This document shows, piece by piece, positions 1-14,400 of a stretch of DNA of 64,000 nt. This DNA is from Phoronis australis. Its lineage: Eukaryota; Animalia; Phoronida. Every line of letters starts with the position of its first letter. Positions within the stretch are counted from its first letter, which is position 1. Made by a program: the position numbers and the translations under genes. The notes beneath the pieces were generated by a model. The model was not told the origin of the DNA, made no database searches, and saw only the letters and a program-made list of their open reading frames with translations. The stretch is taken from the NCBI GenBank assembly GCA_002633005.1, contig NMRA01000684.1:62001-126000 (forward strand), written 5' to 3'.

Positions 1-104
1 TGACAGCTCTTATACTGAAGACTTTTTGTATGTACCATACGCACTGATATGTTGTTTGGTCTCCTCCCGCATTGACGGTATCTATGGTGGGCGTTATTTC
101 TTAC

Positions 105-219
105 CAATGAATTTGTTATTTTGGAGATACTCGAGGACTTTCGTTCCATTGTGAATGGCCGTTTTCATCTCACCGCACATTCCTTCGAAATTTTGTCCAC
201 AGATGTCAACGTGCATTTT
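105..219 (-). CDS. mGluR-like exon 8 (KMHVDICGQNFEGMCGEMK...GTKVLEYLQNNKFIG)
   Basis: Acceptor TTTCAG, donor TG|GTAAGA; 115 nt, phase 0 to 1; 'MH..LC.....G.C..M....G..LL.YL....F' motif. Confidence 0.9.
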
Positions 220-3200
220 CTGAAATGAATGCATACGCTGAGTTCCTTGAAGCTAAAGTAAGCTTTCTCACTGGAATTAACTATGTTGCTAAGAAACGGG
301 CAGAATATAACATTGCTCATATCTAAAGGGGTTCGACAAAGTTTTAATTTATCGTTGATTTAAAAAACATGTTTCATTTTGTATTTTGGTCTCTGCCTGC
401 TACAAACCTGCAATCTGGTTCATCGAATTTCTTACGACGTCGTAAGTTTTTTTTATTTTATACACACGTTGTGTTCTCTGTCGAATTATAAAAAGTATGA
501 CGTCACCGACTAAGAGTCACATACAGTACTCAAATTGACTAAGTTCTTAAAACCGCGCCAATTTCTTGATATCAATAATCTCAAACGAGAATTTCAAATT
601 TGCTGTAGTCACACGTAATGCCTAGGCTATGGTTTGCCTGTTGTTTTGTACAATAAAAATGAAAGATCATCATTTTTCAAATTAAATAATAATGTTTTCA
701 GCAAACTGCGTAGAACCCCCGCAACAGAATGCAAATCTAATTTTAGAGCTCGTCCAAGTAAGCAATTACAAATGGCTAATAGTTGTGTCTACCGTGTCAC
801 TCAACTTCCTTTAAAGTTTCTTCTAAACACATAAACCGCATTCAAATGTGCGCAAATTGCTCATTCAAACCTACATTTTAATAGGGCAAATTCAGTATAA
901 AATAAAAAAATTATTGTTGATGGGACGTAAGGTATATAATTGCCAATTGCCAGCTAGAAAATTGTTTACCTGGAGCATTTTGCTATACGCCATGACAGCG
1001 GTGTGCGCTTGAAGTATAAGAGGTTCTTGTTTCTGCAATTGATCACTCATTCGAGGAACCTCGTTACCCGTACAGTTCTTTTTATAGTGACAGTTGTGCG
1101 GTGTCCTCGTCTGCCTGTCTGCAGATTCGTACCTGTAAAAACCACAGAAGTTTTGGTGCGATTGCAGAAATTGATTAGTTGACTCGCCGCTTGCACATGT
1201 AGCGGCTTAGAAATGTTCTCTGCACACCTTTATTCACAGTAACTCCAGAAGTAACGACTTGTAAAGTTACGTTACAAACGAATGCTCCTGTACACAACGC
1301 AATGATTTCCATGGCCTTCTCACTGAGAAATTGTAACTTTACAGTCATTTTAACTTAAGGCATATTTAAAATTAAACCAGTCTTCTACTAAAAATAAAAA
1401 TGGAACTTTTTAGGAACTTATAATCTCGTTCAAACCTGCTTTATATCTCACACAAAGTCAAAATGGATTAGATGTCACCATAGGCTTAACGAGTATCTAT
1501 GATGCCACAGGTGTAAATCATGCTTAGGCCTACAACCAAAAAGATCTCATTTTTAGGAAAATAAGCACCGGTGTAGCGATTTCACTAGGCATGGTAGTTT
1601 CAACACGAACACTCTCGAGTATTGCGAGAACATGTATTTAAGCGCGTACCTGTTCGAAAGCAAATCTTACCTGCAGTCAAATGTTTCCTCCCAATACTCA
1701 GCAAACCAGGGGTTTCGTTTGTTGGACGCTGGGCGCAGCTGGTTGAATTTTTTTGTGAAAGACTGGAATGGCGCCGCGAAAGGCTGTACGACTATGGCGC
1801 CCTCTAACTGTGAATTAAAATGAAAATACACCAATGAAAACTTGAGTAAGGTGTAGCAAAACTATTAAACGGAAATAATCGTTTCATAAATGATGTGGTA
1901 CTTTCATGTCTGCTGGCTCATGCACCTATATTTGTAGCTGCGCATATAACCGGAAACAGTCCCATGCGCCCATGCGCGAAGCATTTTAGTAAAGCCGTGA
2001 TTGATAGAGTGATGCTCAGGGTGTACATGTAGGAGCATCGTCTTTATTTTTAAAATATTCTCATCTATGTATTTGACTGGTAGAACCCAACAAAGAATCT
2101 TGCGAATGATAGATGCTCTCATAATACGCCTAGACGTAACTACACGTTAATGTGTTGAGTTAGATAGTAGGTTTCTTGTGGATGTCGTAGGCATACAGGC
2201 GATAAGTCGGTAATGGGTCTTCTCGTCCGGTTTACTTTTTGATTGATAAAACAAAGTATGGAAACAGTTACTTATGAATAATAGATTGGATATAAATACA
2301 CTGTCAAGCTACACATGATTATCTCCCTTTCATTTTCGTCCTAAATATGCAAATTACAGGTCACCTGACCAAAAGTTGTGACCTTGACTACAAAGCTTTG
2401 CAAGTAGCACCTGTGCCGGGCAACTTGCACCCGATCAGCCGCATATTCAGGCGACGATCCCGTACGTGGTGTCAGGCAAGTGGAGCAGGGCGCAAATCAC
2501 TTTGTGCATGTCTCTAGTAAGTTGTAAAGATATGTAGTTGGGGCTACCCAACCCCAGTCGTATCTACTATTCATTAATGATATGATTTCTGGGTAAATAA
2601 ACGTATTAAAAAAAAACAAAAAAACTTGTGCATGTCATTCTAGTACGTTTAGTATTACCGGCCACAAAAATGCGAAACGGAAGGAGTTCAAGAAAACAAA
2701 GGTTTGCGATATTTCCCTGACGTTTTTCCTTACATCATTTTTATCGTAAGTTCGTAACTTGATGAAAACGAAAGATGGCGCGAAATGCAGTAATTCATCA
2801 ACTGGATGAACTCAATTGTCCACACGGCCACTTGAAATGGGTCAAGTTGATCGGGCGCAAGTTGGACTACGTCGCAGAGGTGGGGGGTAATTGTCATACC
2901 CGTGTCAAGCTTCATTAGTTTAAGTCTTGTCCACATGGTCACTTAAAGTAGCACAAGTCGCACGTGCTGGGACAAGAATTGTGCTAGTTTAAGAGTCTGT
3001 CTGGCCGGACACAACTTAAGAAAACGGTGGCTGTGAACGGACAATTTTTAACACGTGGCCATGTAAATTGCAAGAGTAAAGGATCACAGAAAATGAACAT
3101 GACAACGTTTATCGACAGATAAGTCTGAATTTGTTAGGATTTCTGATTTTCAGCATATTTTCACTTGGAAGATCCAGGTCCGGGCTATAGTTATCGGTTG

Positions 3201-6200
3201 GGAAGTATAACCACGAGAAGTACCAGCGCTGCCCCAGAATGCAGCGTTGGTGGACCAACTAGAGCTTAGTTTGAATCTTTTTTAAACACTTCGTTTGTTT
3301 TTTTTTTAGTTGATAACCCACAATTACGTAGGACAAATTTATCGCAAACGAATGGAAAGTCATATTTTGAAAACTCTTATTTTGAAAGGAGCTCTTTGCT
3401 CAACTTTTTCTCAGTTTCCTTGCTCAAATTTTCCCTTCTTTTCCCAACTGAACTGACAATTATAGGGGATTTTACACCTCCGACACAATTCTCCCCCACA
3501 AAAAGCACTCCCCTGCATCCGAAGCCCCGGAGATACAGTCATCCATGTAACAAGCCAGACTGCCGGTCTTGACGAAGCCGAGTGATAAAAAGAATCCTGC
3601 ATTGACACCCTATCCGGTCGAGATTGGTCAACTCGACCGGTTTGGGCACCACGGAATTTGCTACTTTAGATCACAAACACCATGCTGTTGGTGTTAATTA
3701 AATCGCCTCAGGGTGCTGATGTTCTCGTTCTCTAGATAATGAAACCATCATAAACACATTAAGGGTCGACTGTAGTATTTTTAGATATTTGTTTTGAAAG
3801 TTTGTAAATAGTATATTTGAATAGTTCGTGAAATGCACTCGTGATTATGTTTTTTTTTAATTTTGAAAATTGGACACAAATATGACATTTACAATAATGT
3901 GTAACTCATTAATTCTACTGGGTGTGCAACATAATCGGGCCAATTACCAAACCACCAGTCAGAATTGGATTTTGAGGTAAGCCATTAATGTCATCGTACA
4001 ATTCTTCAGTTGACATGTAAAGAACCCCTGTCACTAGTGTGACAGACATATACCTTAACCACTATGCCTCTTGTAAAAATGTACTACAGACTCTCAAATC
4101 AGGCCTAGTATGTCATAAAACTGCTGAATAGCTCTCAAAAGAAAGACACGGAAACACTGTGTGTGTACGAAGTGCCGTTTTCAGTTGAAGGCGGTATTGT
4201 GAGCCCTTAGTAGACACGAGCTCGGAATCTCGTGGATGTGCTTGAATGCAATCTTTCAGTTTATTATTGAGTCGACAGGCCCCAGCGACCAGATTCGAAT
4301 TACCATAATTTTGATATCTGGTACTCTCACAATTTTGTTCCTATTCAACCAATTTATGATGACATTTATCAGGTTTTAAAGACCATACTTGTTCTTTCAC
4401 AGCGTCCTCCTCGAATGGTTTTCCGGTCCAAGTTGTGCCACTGATCCAGACAAACTTGCCCGTTGAATTAGTCTTGTCCACTGCCATCATAAGCTTGCCT
4501 ATATCTTTGTGGTATCCGAAGACAATCACGCCTGGCAAAAGAACATCGTTTATCTAAGCAAATTAATTCATTTCGTTATGTAAATTAATAGGATGACATA
4601 CAAATCCATCAANNNNNNNNNNNNNNNNNNNNNNNNNNNNNNNNNNNNNNNNNNNNNNNNNNNNNNNNNNNNNNNNNNNNNNNNNNNNNNNNNNNNNNNN
4701 NNNNNNNNNNNNNNNNNNNNNNNNNNNNNNNNNNNNNNNNNNNNNNNNNNNNNNNNNNNNNNNNNNNNNNNNNNNNNNNNNNNNNNNNNNNNNNNNNNNN
4801 NNNNNNNNNNNNNNNNNNNNNNNNNNNNNNNNNNNNNNNNNNNNNNNNNNNNNNNNNNNNNNNNNNNNNNNNNNNNNNNNNNNNNNNNNNNNNNNNNNNN
4901 NNNNNNNNNNNNNNNNNNNNNNNNNNNNNNNNNNNNNNNNNNNNNNNNNNNNNNNNNNNNNNNNNNNNNNNNNNNNNNNNNNNNNNNNNNNNNNNNNNNN
5001 NNNNNNNNNNNNNNNNNNNNNNNNNNNNNNNNNNNNNNNNNNNNNNNNNNNNNNNNNNNNNNNNNNNNNNNNNNNNNNNNNNNNNNNNNNNNNNNNNNNN
5101 NNNNNNNTATTTAAGCGCGTACCTGTTCGAAAGCAAATCTTACCTGCAGTCAAATGTTTCCTCCCAATACTCAGCAAACCAGGGGTTTCGTTTGTTGGAC
5201 GCTGGGCGCAGCTGGTTGAATTTTTTTGTGAAAGACTGGAATGGCGCCGCGAAAGGCTGTACGACTATGGCGCCCTCTAACTGTGAATTAAAATGAAAAT
5301 ACACCCATGAAAACTTAAGTAACGTGTAGCAAAACTATTAAACGGAAATGCTCGTTTCATGAATGATGTGGTACTTTCACGTCTTCAGGCTCATGCACCT
5401 ATATTTGTAGCTGCGCATATAACCGGAAACAGTCCCAAGCGCCAATGCGCGAAGCATTTTAGTAAAGCCGTGATTGATAGTGATGCTCAGGCTGTACACG
5501 TAGGAGCATCGTCTTTATTTTTAATATCTATGTATTTGACTGGTAGAATCCAACAAAGAATCTTGCGAATGATAGATGCTCTCATAATACGCCTAGACAT
5601 AACTACACGTTCATGTGTTGAGTTAGGTAGTAGGTTTCTTGTGGATGTCGTAGGCATACAGGCGATAAGTCGGTAATGGGTCTTCTCGTCCGGTTTACTT
5701 TTTGATTGATAAAACAAAGTATGGAAACAGTTACTTGTGAATAATAGATTGGATATAAATACACTATCAAGCTACACATGATTATCTCCCTTTCATTTTT
5801 GTCCTAAATATGCAAATTACAGGTCACCTGGCCAAAAGTTGTGACCTTGACTACAAAGCTTTGCAAGCAGCACATGTGGCAACTTGCACCCGATCAGCCG
5901 CATATTCAGGCGACGATCCCGTGCGTGGTGTCAGGCAAGTGGAGCAGGGCGCAAATCACTTAATGCATGTCCTTCTAGTACGTTTAGTATTACCGGCCAC
6001 AAAATGCGAAACGGAAGGAGTTCAAGAAAACAAAGGTTTGCGATATTTCCCTGATGTTTTCGCTTACATCATTTTTTATCGTAAGTTCGTAATGATAACG
6101 AAAGAGAAAATGCAATTCGGTGTGAGGTTTGAAAATGGCGCGAAATGCTGTGATTCATCAATTGGATGAACTCAGTTGCGCAAGCGCGTAACGAATAATT

Positions 6201-9200
6201 GCTTGTGCCTTGGCCCGGGCGGGTTTGCTGTCCACACGGCCACTTGAAATGGGGAAAATTGATCGGGCGCAAGTTGGACTACGTCGTAGAGGTGGGGGGT
6301 AATTGTCATACCCGTGTCATGCTATACTAGTTTAAGTCTTGTCCACATGGTCACTTAAAGTAGCACAAGTCGCACGTGGGACAAGAATTGTGCTAGTTTA
6401 AGAGTCTGTCTGGACACAACTTAAGAAAACGGTGGCTGTGAATGGACGATTTTTAATACATGGCCAAGTAAATTGCAAGAGTAAAGGATCACAGAAAATG
6501 AAAATGTCAACGTTTATCGACAGATAAGTCTGAATTTGTTAGGATTTCTGATTTTCAGCATATTTTCACTTGGAAGATCCAGGTCCGGGCTATAGTTATC
6601 GGTTGGGAAGTCACCCACGAGAAGTACCAGCGCTGCCCCAGAATGCAGCGTTGGTGGACTAACTAGAGCTTAGTTTGCATCTTTTTTAAACACTTCGATG
6701 GTTTTTGGTTGATAACTCACAATTACGTAGGACAAATTTATCGCAAACGAATGGAAAGTCATATTTTGAAAACTCTTATTTTGAAAGGAGCTCTTTGCTC
6801 AACTTTTTCTCAGTTTCCTTGCTCAAATTTTCCCTTCTTTTCCCAACTGAAGTGACAATTATAGTGGATTTTATACCTCCGACGCAATTCTCCCCCACAA
6901 AAAGCACGCCCCTGCATCCGAAGCCCCGGAGATACAGTCATCCATGTAACAAGCCAGACTGCCGGTCTTGACGAAGCCGAGTGATAAAAACAGTCCGTCA
7001 TTGACACCCTAACCGGTCGTGATTGGTCAACTCGACCGGTTTGCGCACCACAGAATTTGCCGGTTCAGATCAAAGACACCATGCTGTTGTCGTCACTAAA
7101 TTGCCTCAGGCTGCTGATGTTATCGTTCTTTAGATAATGAAACCATCATAAACACATTAAGGGTCGACTGTAGTATTTTTAAATATTTGTTTTGAACGTT
7201 TGTAAATTGTATATTTGAATAGTTTGTGAAATGCACACGTGATTATGTTTTTTAATTTTGAAAATTGGACAAAAATATGACATTTACAACCTAAAATGTT
7301 TTTGAATGTTGCAATAATATGTAACTCATTAATTCTACTGGGTGTACAACATAATCGGGCCAATTAGCAAACCACCAGGCAGAGTTGGATTTTGAGGTAA
7401 GACATTAATGTCATCGTACAATTCTTGACATGTAAAGAACCCCTGTCACTAGTGTGACAGACAAACCACTATGCCTCTTGTAAAAATGTACTACAGACTC
7501 TCAAATCATGCCTAGTATGTCATAAAACTGCTGAATAGCTCTCAAAAGAAAGACACGGAAACACTGTGTGCCGTTTTCAGTTGAAGGCGGCATTGTGAGC
7601 CCTTAGTAGACACGAGCTCGGACTCTGGTGGATGTGCTTGAATGCAATCTTTCAGTTTATTATTGAGTCTACAGGCCCCAGCGACCGGATTCGAATTACC
7701 ATAATTTTGATATCTGGTACTCTCACTATTTTTTTTTTCCTATCCAACCAATTTATGATGACATTTATCAGGTTTTAAAGACCATACTTGTTCTTTCACA
7801 GCGTCCTCCTCGAATGGTTTTCCGGTCCAAGTTGTGCCACTGATCCAGACAAACTTGCCAGTTGAGTTAGTCTTGTCCACTGCCTTCATAAGCTTGCCTA
7901 TATCTTTGTGGTATCCGAAGACAATCACGCCTGGCAAAAGAACATCGTTTATCTAAGCAAATTAATTCATTTCGTTATGTAAATTAATAGGATGACATAC
8001 AAATCCATCAAACAAGTCGAAGCAACTTGTTTTGTTTCCGACTAAATGATATGGCAAGTACTGTTCTTGATCTGTCGTGAAAGCAAAATCATTGTCAGGT
8101 CTATGTTCAATTGGGGCGAATACAGCACACAACAATTTCACTAGGCGGATAAATTCTGTTCATCTTAACAAATCTGCAATGTCCCCTATACTTCCTCGCA
8201 TTTTTGCATAACTTCCCCGGTTTTGAAAGTAAAAGCACTTTCGGGGGCTATTAATTTTCGCTCATATTTTTCTATTGAAATTCCGCTTTCTTTTACATTT
8301 TTTACAACTTATATGGTATTAATGTCTACGTCCCGACACAATTTCTCCTGCTCCCCACTGCGACAATTTTAGCTCGACGTTATTTACCGATTGTTATATA
8401 ATTGTGTTATTTAGACTACTAATGTGCCGTTTTCTGAATATTTAGGACAACGTTAATGTGCAAAATGTTAATTTTGTGGAAATCACATGCGATGACAATG
8501 GGTGAACAGACCCTAACCACAAGTCAGGTCATAAGAATTTAGACTCCCATAGCAGATTTGCCGGACGACAGGAAAGAATATCAAGCGTTCAAACGGGACT
8601 TTTTCTGCCGGTGGATCAGACGTCTGCTCCCCCTTCCGGCATGCGAACGCTATATAAATAAAAAGGCCCTCCGCCATTCCATTGACAAGATTCCAGCTAC
8701 TTAATCTTTATCCTTTCTGTCTTAGCTCAAATCAGAACCATGCTCAACCAAATGATGCATAGCGTGAGGCTTCATATGTAGGAGGACCCCTTCGTAATAT
8801 GTGTTGAATGGATGAACCAACTATGGGTTGCTCTTGTTAAGTGTTATTATGGTCATAATCAAAATTAAGTCAGAAGCATTTGGGGTTTTCTGTATTATTA
8901 GCTCTAACATATAATTAGTCTAAGTACCTTTCGCATTTGGATCTTCCCGTAGTTTTTTCACGATATTCTCATAGTGTTCTGGAGGCGAATTTCCTTTCAG
9001 TTCGGCCGTGACCGCTGTACATATGTTTGCTTCTCGGAGAAGTCTATCGAGCTCATTTACACTCTAATAAAATAAAGACATGATATTATGAAAAATGGGA
9101 ATGAAATAGAATGTAATGAAAATCAACGGAGGCGAAAACATAAATTCACTCGTTACCAAGAACAAAAACAACGCGTCAAACGTGACGAAAAACGTGACCG

Positions 9201-11461
9201 GGAATGACGTAATTGCAGCGATGGTAGGCGCTGGTTTGACTACACACTTTGATGTGTACCATCGGTTGCAGAAATATAAAGGTGTATTCACTTGGTGGTC
9301 AGAATGAAATCGACATCTCTTCTGCACAAACACGTTTTCATGCTTTTATGTAAGGTAAAATCTCACCAATTAAGGACGCAATATGGCGCCAAGTGAAATT
9401 TCATTTTCTCAAATTTTCACGAAGAGATGATGTTGCACCAAATTGATGTTTTAACATGTCCAAACTCTGCATCACAGCTATCACCGGACAATATCTTGAA
9501 AATTGATGCCAGAAGCCTTTGAAAAATGAAGAAAAGGGCAATTTTGGCAATTGTTTTTGTTCGAAATTGGTGAGATATTACCGTAAATCACATGCGAAGG
9601 GCTCGAGATGTGTATAAGTATACTTACTGGAATTTCATCAGTTAATTTCATTTATCTACTTCTTTTCAAGCATACAGGAATTCTTCCAAGTATGCTCAGT
9701 GAGGGATTGCGTTTCATCTGTGCATATTTGTTCGAAATTACCTGTGACCCGTAGAAATTGTTATCTATGACAGTGCTAACGTAGGTCCAATTGAGTTGCT
9801 TGAACAAGTTCACGATGGCCTCAGCACGGACGGTGTCCGACGGCAGGGTGCGCAAGAAGTAGGGATAGCGCTCTCTGTTGCTTAGCTCAGGACTCGTCGA
9901 CGAGTGACTGATCTGGAACATAACAGTAGTGAGAAGATATTAGGAATTATCAAGTCTGACTGCGTGGGTACTAAAGGTCATTTGTTGGAATAACTTGTGT
10001 CAATGTTAAATCTGTGGTCCTGTGAGCTATTACAGTTGCCAGCAGCTAATAATTCAGTGAACTCTATAAACCAGTAAGCCCTTATTGGTTCCAAAGTGAA
10101 CATTATGGGCTTGTCTACCAATTCCTTGAGATGCAATCATAGCTGTGTGTTATAAATGACATTTTATCAAACCTAAAGCAAATTTCAAAAAATTCACATT
10201 ACCAGTTATATCAACAACAGCGAGATTAAGCACGTGTTCTAGCTTCATCACATCAAAGCACCGTTTCTAAGGTTTAACGTTAAGTGTCTGTTTGAGTCAA
10301 ACCTGATTGTGAAGTGATGTAAAACGAAAAAAAAAAAAACGTGGTGAAAAAAGGCAATAACAGGCATCAGAGCTGGTAAATTGTTTATATGACCTTCCGC
10401 TTTATTGGCTGACTTTCTAGGCCTAGTTAAAGTTCCACGCTTTCTTCAGCTGGTTAAAAAATAACCTCTTAGCACATAATAGTCACCTGCGGCTTCTTGA
10501 ACAACTTCAGCAAGCTCGCAATTTGTATGGATGTGGCGCTAGACGTCCCTCCAATCACACCGATAATTTCATTTCCGCCTGTTGTATTTGAGCCATGGCA
10601 GCTATTGCCCTCTATGGAGTTCCCACCTGCAAATCACATGTTTTGATAAACTTCTGGAAACCATATCACAGGGAAGAACAACCTACAACAAATTTGCAGA
10701 CGGGAAATATCGTATAAATTGAGGAATTCTTGCCAATTAAAGGTATTCAAACGTAGCATTTTAAAGAGTAAAACGCTGATTTCGAAACCGTTATTAAGCA
10801 GTCAAGCGAAATATAATTTACTCACAGACTGGTTAATGTCAAGCTTAGCTAAAGCAAAAACGTTAAGCTAGTATGACGTTCACACTCTGCCTGTGCTCAT
10901 TATTTTAATATTTTTAATATTTTAAGTAGTCCAGATTGCTTTATAATGTCTAGGACGATATAAGCATCCCACCACAGTTTTAATTGTAAGCTCCTGTACA
11001 CGTACGTGCTAGTGTCTAGTTGAAACATGAAGCCTTATTTGTAATAAATCATTTCATACGTGGTAAATTTATTTAACAACACAAGTGAGTATGGCAACGG
11101 CACGATGTTTTATCGAACACACACGTACTAAAGTGTATTGGCGTTGGTTTTTTTTTCAAACATTAGCTTTCGTTATTTGATGGGAACAGTTTAAACCTTG
11201 AAGGCAACCAAATTTTCGCCATGTGACTCCGAATTCAAATAAGTTAGGCATCAGCACACTAAGCCTCTTGTGATATGGTCACGAAAAAGCCCCGAGAAAG
11301 CATCATTAGGAACCATTACAACAAAAGAATCAACAACAACTAAAATAATAATACTGATGATTGTGATGATGATTATGATGATTATGGTGATGACGTTGAT
11401 GATGATGATGATTATGATGATGGTGATGATGATGATGATGATTATGATTATGGTGATGGTG

Positions 11462-11493
<32 letters not shown>

Positions 11494-14400
11494 GATGATG
11501 TTGATGATGATGATAATGATGATGATGATGATGATGATGATGACGTTGATGATGATGACGATGATGATGGTGATGGTGATGATGGTGATGGTGATGATGA
11601 TGATGGTGATGATGAGCATAATCATTATAAATTTCAATTACGCGCATGAATATTTACGAAAATGGCTTAAAACGAATTCTACTTGTGTCATATCTGAATG
11701 CTGAAAAAGTTTCATCTTGAAAAACATAATTTTCATGAACTTTAGCTTATAGTCAACCATAAGAGATTTGCCCAGTTCTCATATTGGAACATATGCAAGG
11801 AACTTCACTTCAATTATTAATGGAAAGAAATACACTAGTTATGAGAAGAGACGAATATCACTGTTATTACAACTGCTTTAAACAGGTGAAATGTCAGCAG
11901 TCACGTGTTCCGTCGCTCGGGGTCGTATCGAGGAGTAACTATACTCCTTGGTCGTATTCGAATCATCGCGTTGTCGTGTTCTTCATACAGCACTGGATTC
12001 CCTGTGAATTAGTTCTAACGTTACGATAAATTGTTTTAATTTGTTCTTAGAACTTGAATACTTGTACGAACCTAAAAAATTGATTTGTCTGTACAAGTGA
12101 TCCGGTACTGATTGGTCTACTATAAACAAAGAATATTCGTTGTTCTCTAGAAAATTTCATCTAAACTGTGTTGACAAGGGTGTGATTTTCCAGCATCCAG
12201 GAGGATATGTCACCCAGGGATTTTTGCTCATTTGCGTAGTAAAGGTTATATTTACACACTTGCACGGTAAATCAACGTCTGACTGTGTGCTTATTCAGGA
12301 TGATCACCCAGTCAATCAATCGACATTCTCAGAAGAGTTAATTCAGGTCGTGTAAGTGAGCAAACTCGTTTTCGAAGTTTGCACCATCCAAAGTCCACAA
12401 GAATTGGTACACGAGAGGAAATCGGTTTTCACTACATTCAAGCGAATCCGTGTCCCAGATTTCGACGTGCAAGCATTTAAGTCAGACTGTCGCGAGTATA
12501 TTAAAATTTGTGACAACCTGTAGGTCGGATAAGTGCCAATTACAAACTACATATCAACAGTTTGCTGACACTACAGTTTTCAGAATTCCTGTTAGATCAA
12601 TATTACAGTCTAGCAGATAAGCCCACTTAAACTGCTCCTGTTGGGATGCACATAACAGATATTGTATATCATGCTATCATTGATTTCCCGATATACGAAC
12701 AAACAAACATGAAAAAATGTTTTCGGCTTTCTTGCACTATACACGCATATTCACTTAAGGCAGCTAAAACTTTGACGTCGTCTTTCCCAAATACACGAGA
12801 CTCGTTCTTTTCAATGTAGCATGGGGATTACTGCGAAAACAAATGGTACACTATTATAATTTGCGATCTATTTTTTCACATTGTTTCCAACAATAACGGA
12901 AATCGTGCTGCAACCTTGCGAAACAACACAGTAAAGTCAAAAGCAACCTGCTTGCCATTTTCTGTCTAAACCAGTTGTTTTATATAAATTAGCACAGACA
13001 ATTGCTTGATAATTGGCAAGGCGTCAAATTTATAAAACATCGGACACCGCCATAATTCATCATACCACTATCGAATTGGTGCGAAAGTCTGATACCAACC
13101 AACTATATAAATCCGAATGATGCAGTCTTCAGTTGTTTTGAAAATTGATGCGGCGGTACAGTGTAATTTTATTTGTCCACATTTTCCAAACCGAAATTCA
13201 TCCGAGACGAGCAAAATAGAAGCGTTTCAATTTAATCAACTCCAGTTTCAAACCATTTTCAGTATTGCAGCCACACGATTGCCAGACCAATCCCAATGTC
13301 ACGCGATTCCTAGTGCTCTTGGTCGTGTGTATCGGGATAGGGGGACGGGGGACACCAGTTGTGCGTGCAAATGGTGAAGAGTGGCGTTTTCGTGCTTTTA
13401 AGGGATATAGGAAATTCAACCGATATATCATGATCTAATTAAAAAAAAAAGCGGAAAAGGTGTTTCAAACACTAGAGTGCCTATTACAGTCAACGGTTAC
13501 GGTTTAATTCTTACCGGGGATTTCCCAAAGAGACCCCAGCAACATCAAGCCCCCATAAGGGCTATTTGTGAAACAAGGATCGAAAAAGGCCCCATGGTGA
13601 TCTTTCGGAATCGTTGAGCGGGTCAAATGAATGAAAATGTGGCAAAATGCGGGAATATTGTTTTTAATTATATCGATGCTTGTCAACCCGGAGGGGTCTC
13701 CGGACTACTCTAAGGCTTATAGTCAATTTATTGCTAAAGTTGAACTTGACTAGTATTTCAAGTTAAGAAAAGTTAAGATTTATGTTGAAACAAGTCACTG
13801 CCTCCGACGCCACCATCACTGAGCTCAATTTTCTAGTTCCAAGTAAATGTACGCCACTTATTTCCTTATAGCACTTTTAAACCCCACAGCTCAATGAGAG
13901 TGATGTGGTTAGCAGTACAAGTTTCCGGAAGTCTCACCACTTTTTCAGAAAGAGCGCCCCTGGGGTCTTTTTGTAGATGCAAAATCACTTCTGGGAAAAT
14001 AAGCGTTACAAATAGCCGGTGCCGTTTTGCTGTGTTGCCTGTCTGCGAGATCCTCTCTTAAACACGTTATCGTTTTACGGATTTCAAGACTCTCGTGCAC
14101 ATTCATAAAATAGAAATCTCCTGTAATTGCTGTATTCTAGACTCTCTTTAATTAACACATAAACAGAAAAATGTCACACGAGTTTGTTTTAGTATCTTCT
14201 GGTAACTTGCCGACTGTCTTCACTGATCAGTGCACCGGCCCACCATCAAAATCACTGCTCATAATCATATAATTGTCTACCAGAAAGTACACGTGTATCC
14301 CAGAGTCGTCTAATAGTATAGGTCCCCTGGCATAGCCGTGCATTGAGGCCCCTACCAGCACCATCCGCTCATAGCAATAAATTGTTAATTCATTGTGTAC

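Larger units (their letters stand above)
1635..8011 (+). repeat. ~2.9-kb direct duplication (1635-4612 vs 5108-8011) flanking an assembly gap
   Basis: Sequence right of the gap starts TATTTAAGCGCGTACC (=1635); sequence left of the gap ends CAAATCCATCAA (=8011). High identity with scattered SNPs and indels. Confidence 0.95.

Noticed and set aside
4563-5177. 173-204 aa ORFs spanning the gap
   Set aside because: Artefacts of translating N.
11251-11704. Poly-His / poly-Ile / poly-Met ORFs
   Set aside because: Translations of a (GAT)n microsatellite inside an intron; no splice or homology support.
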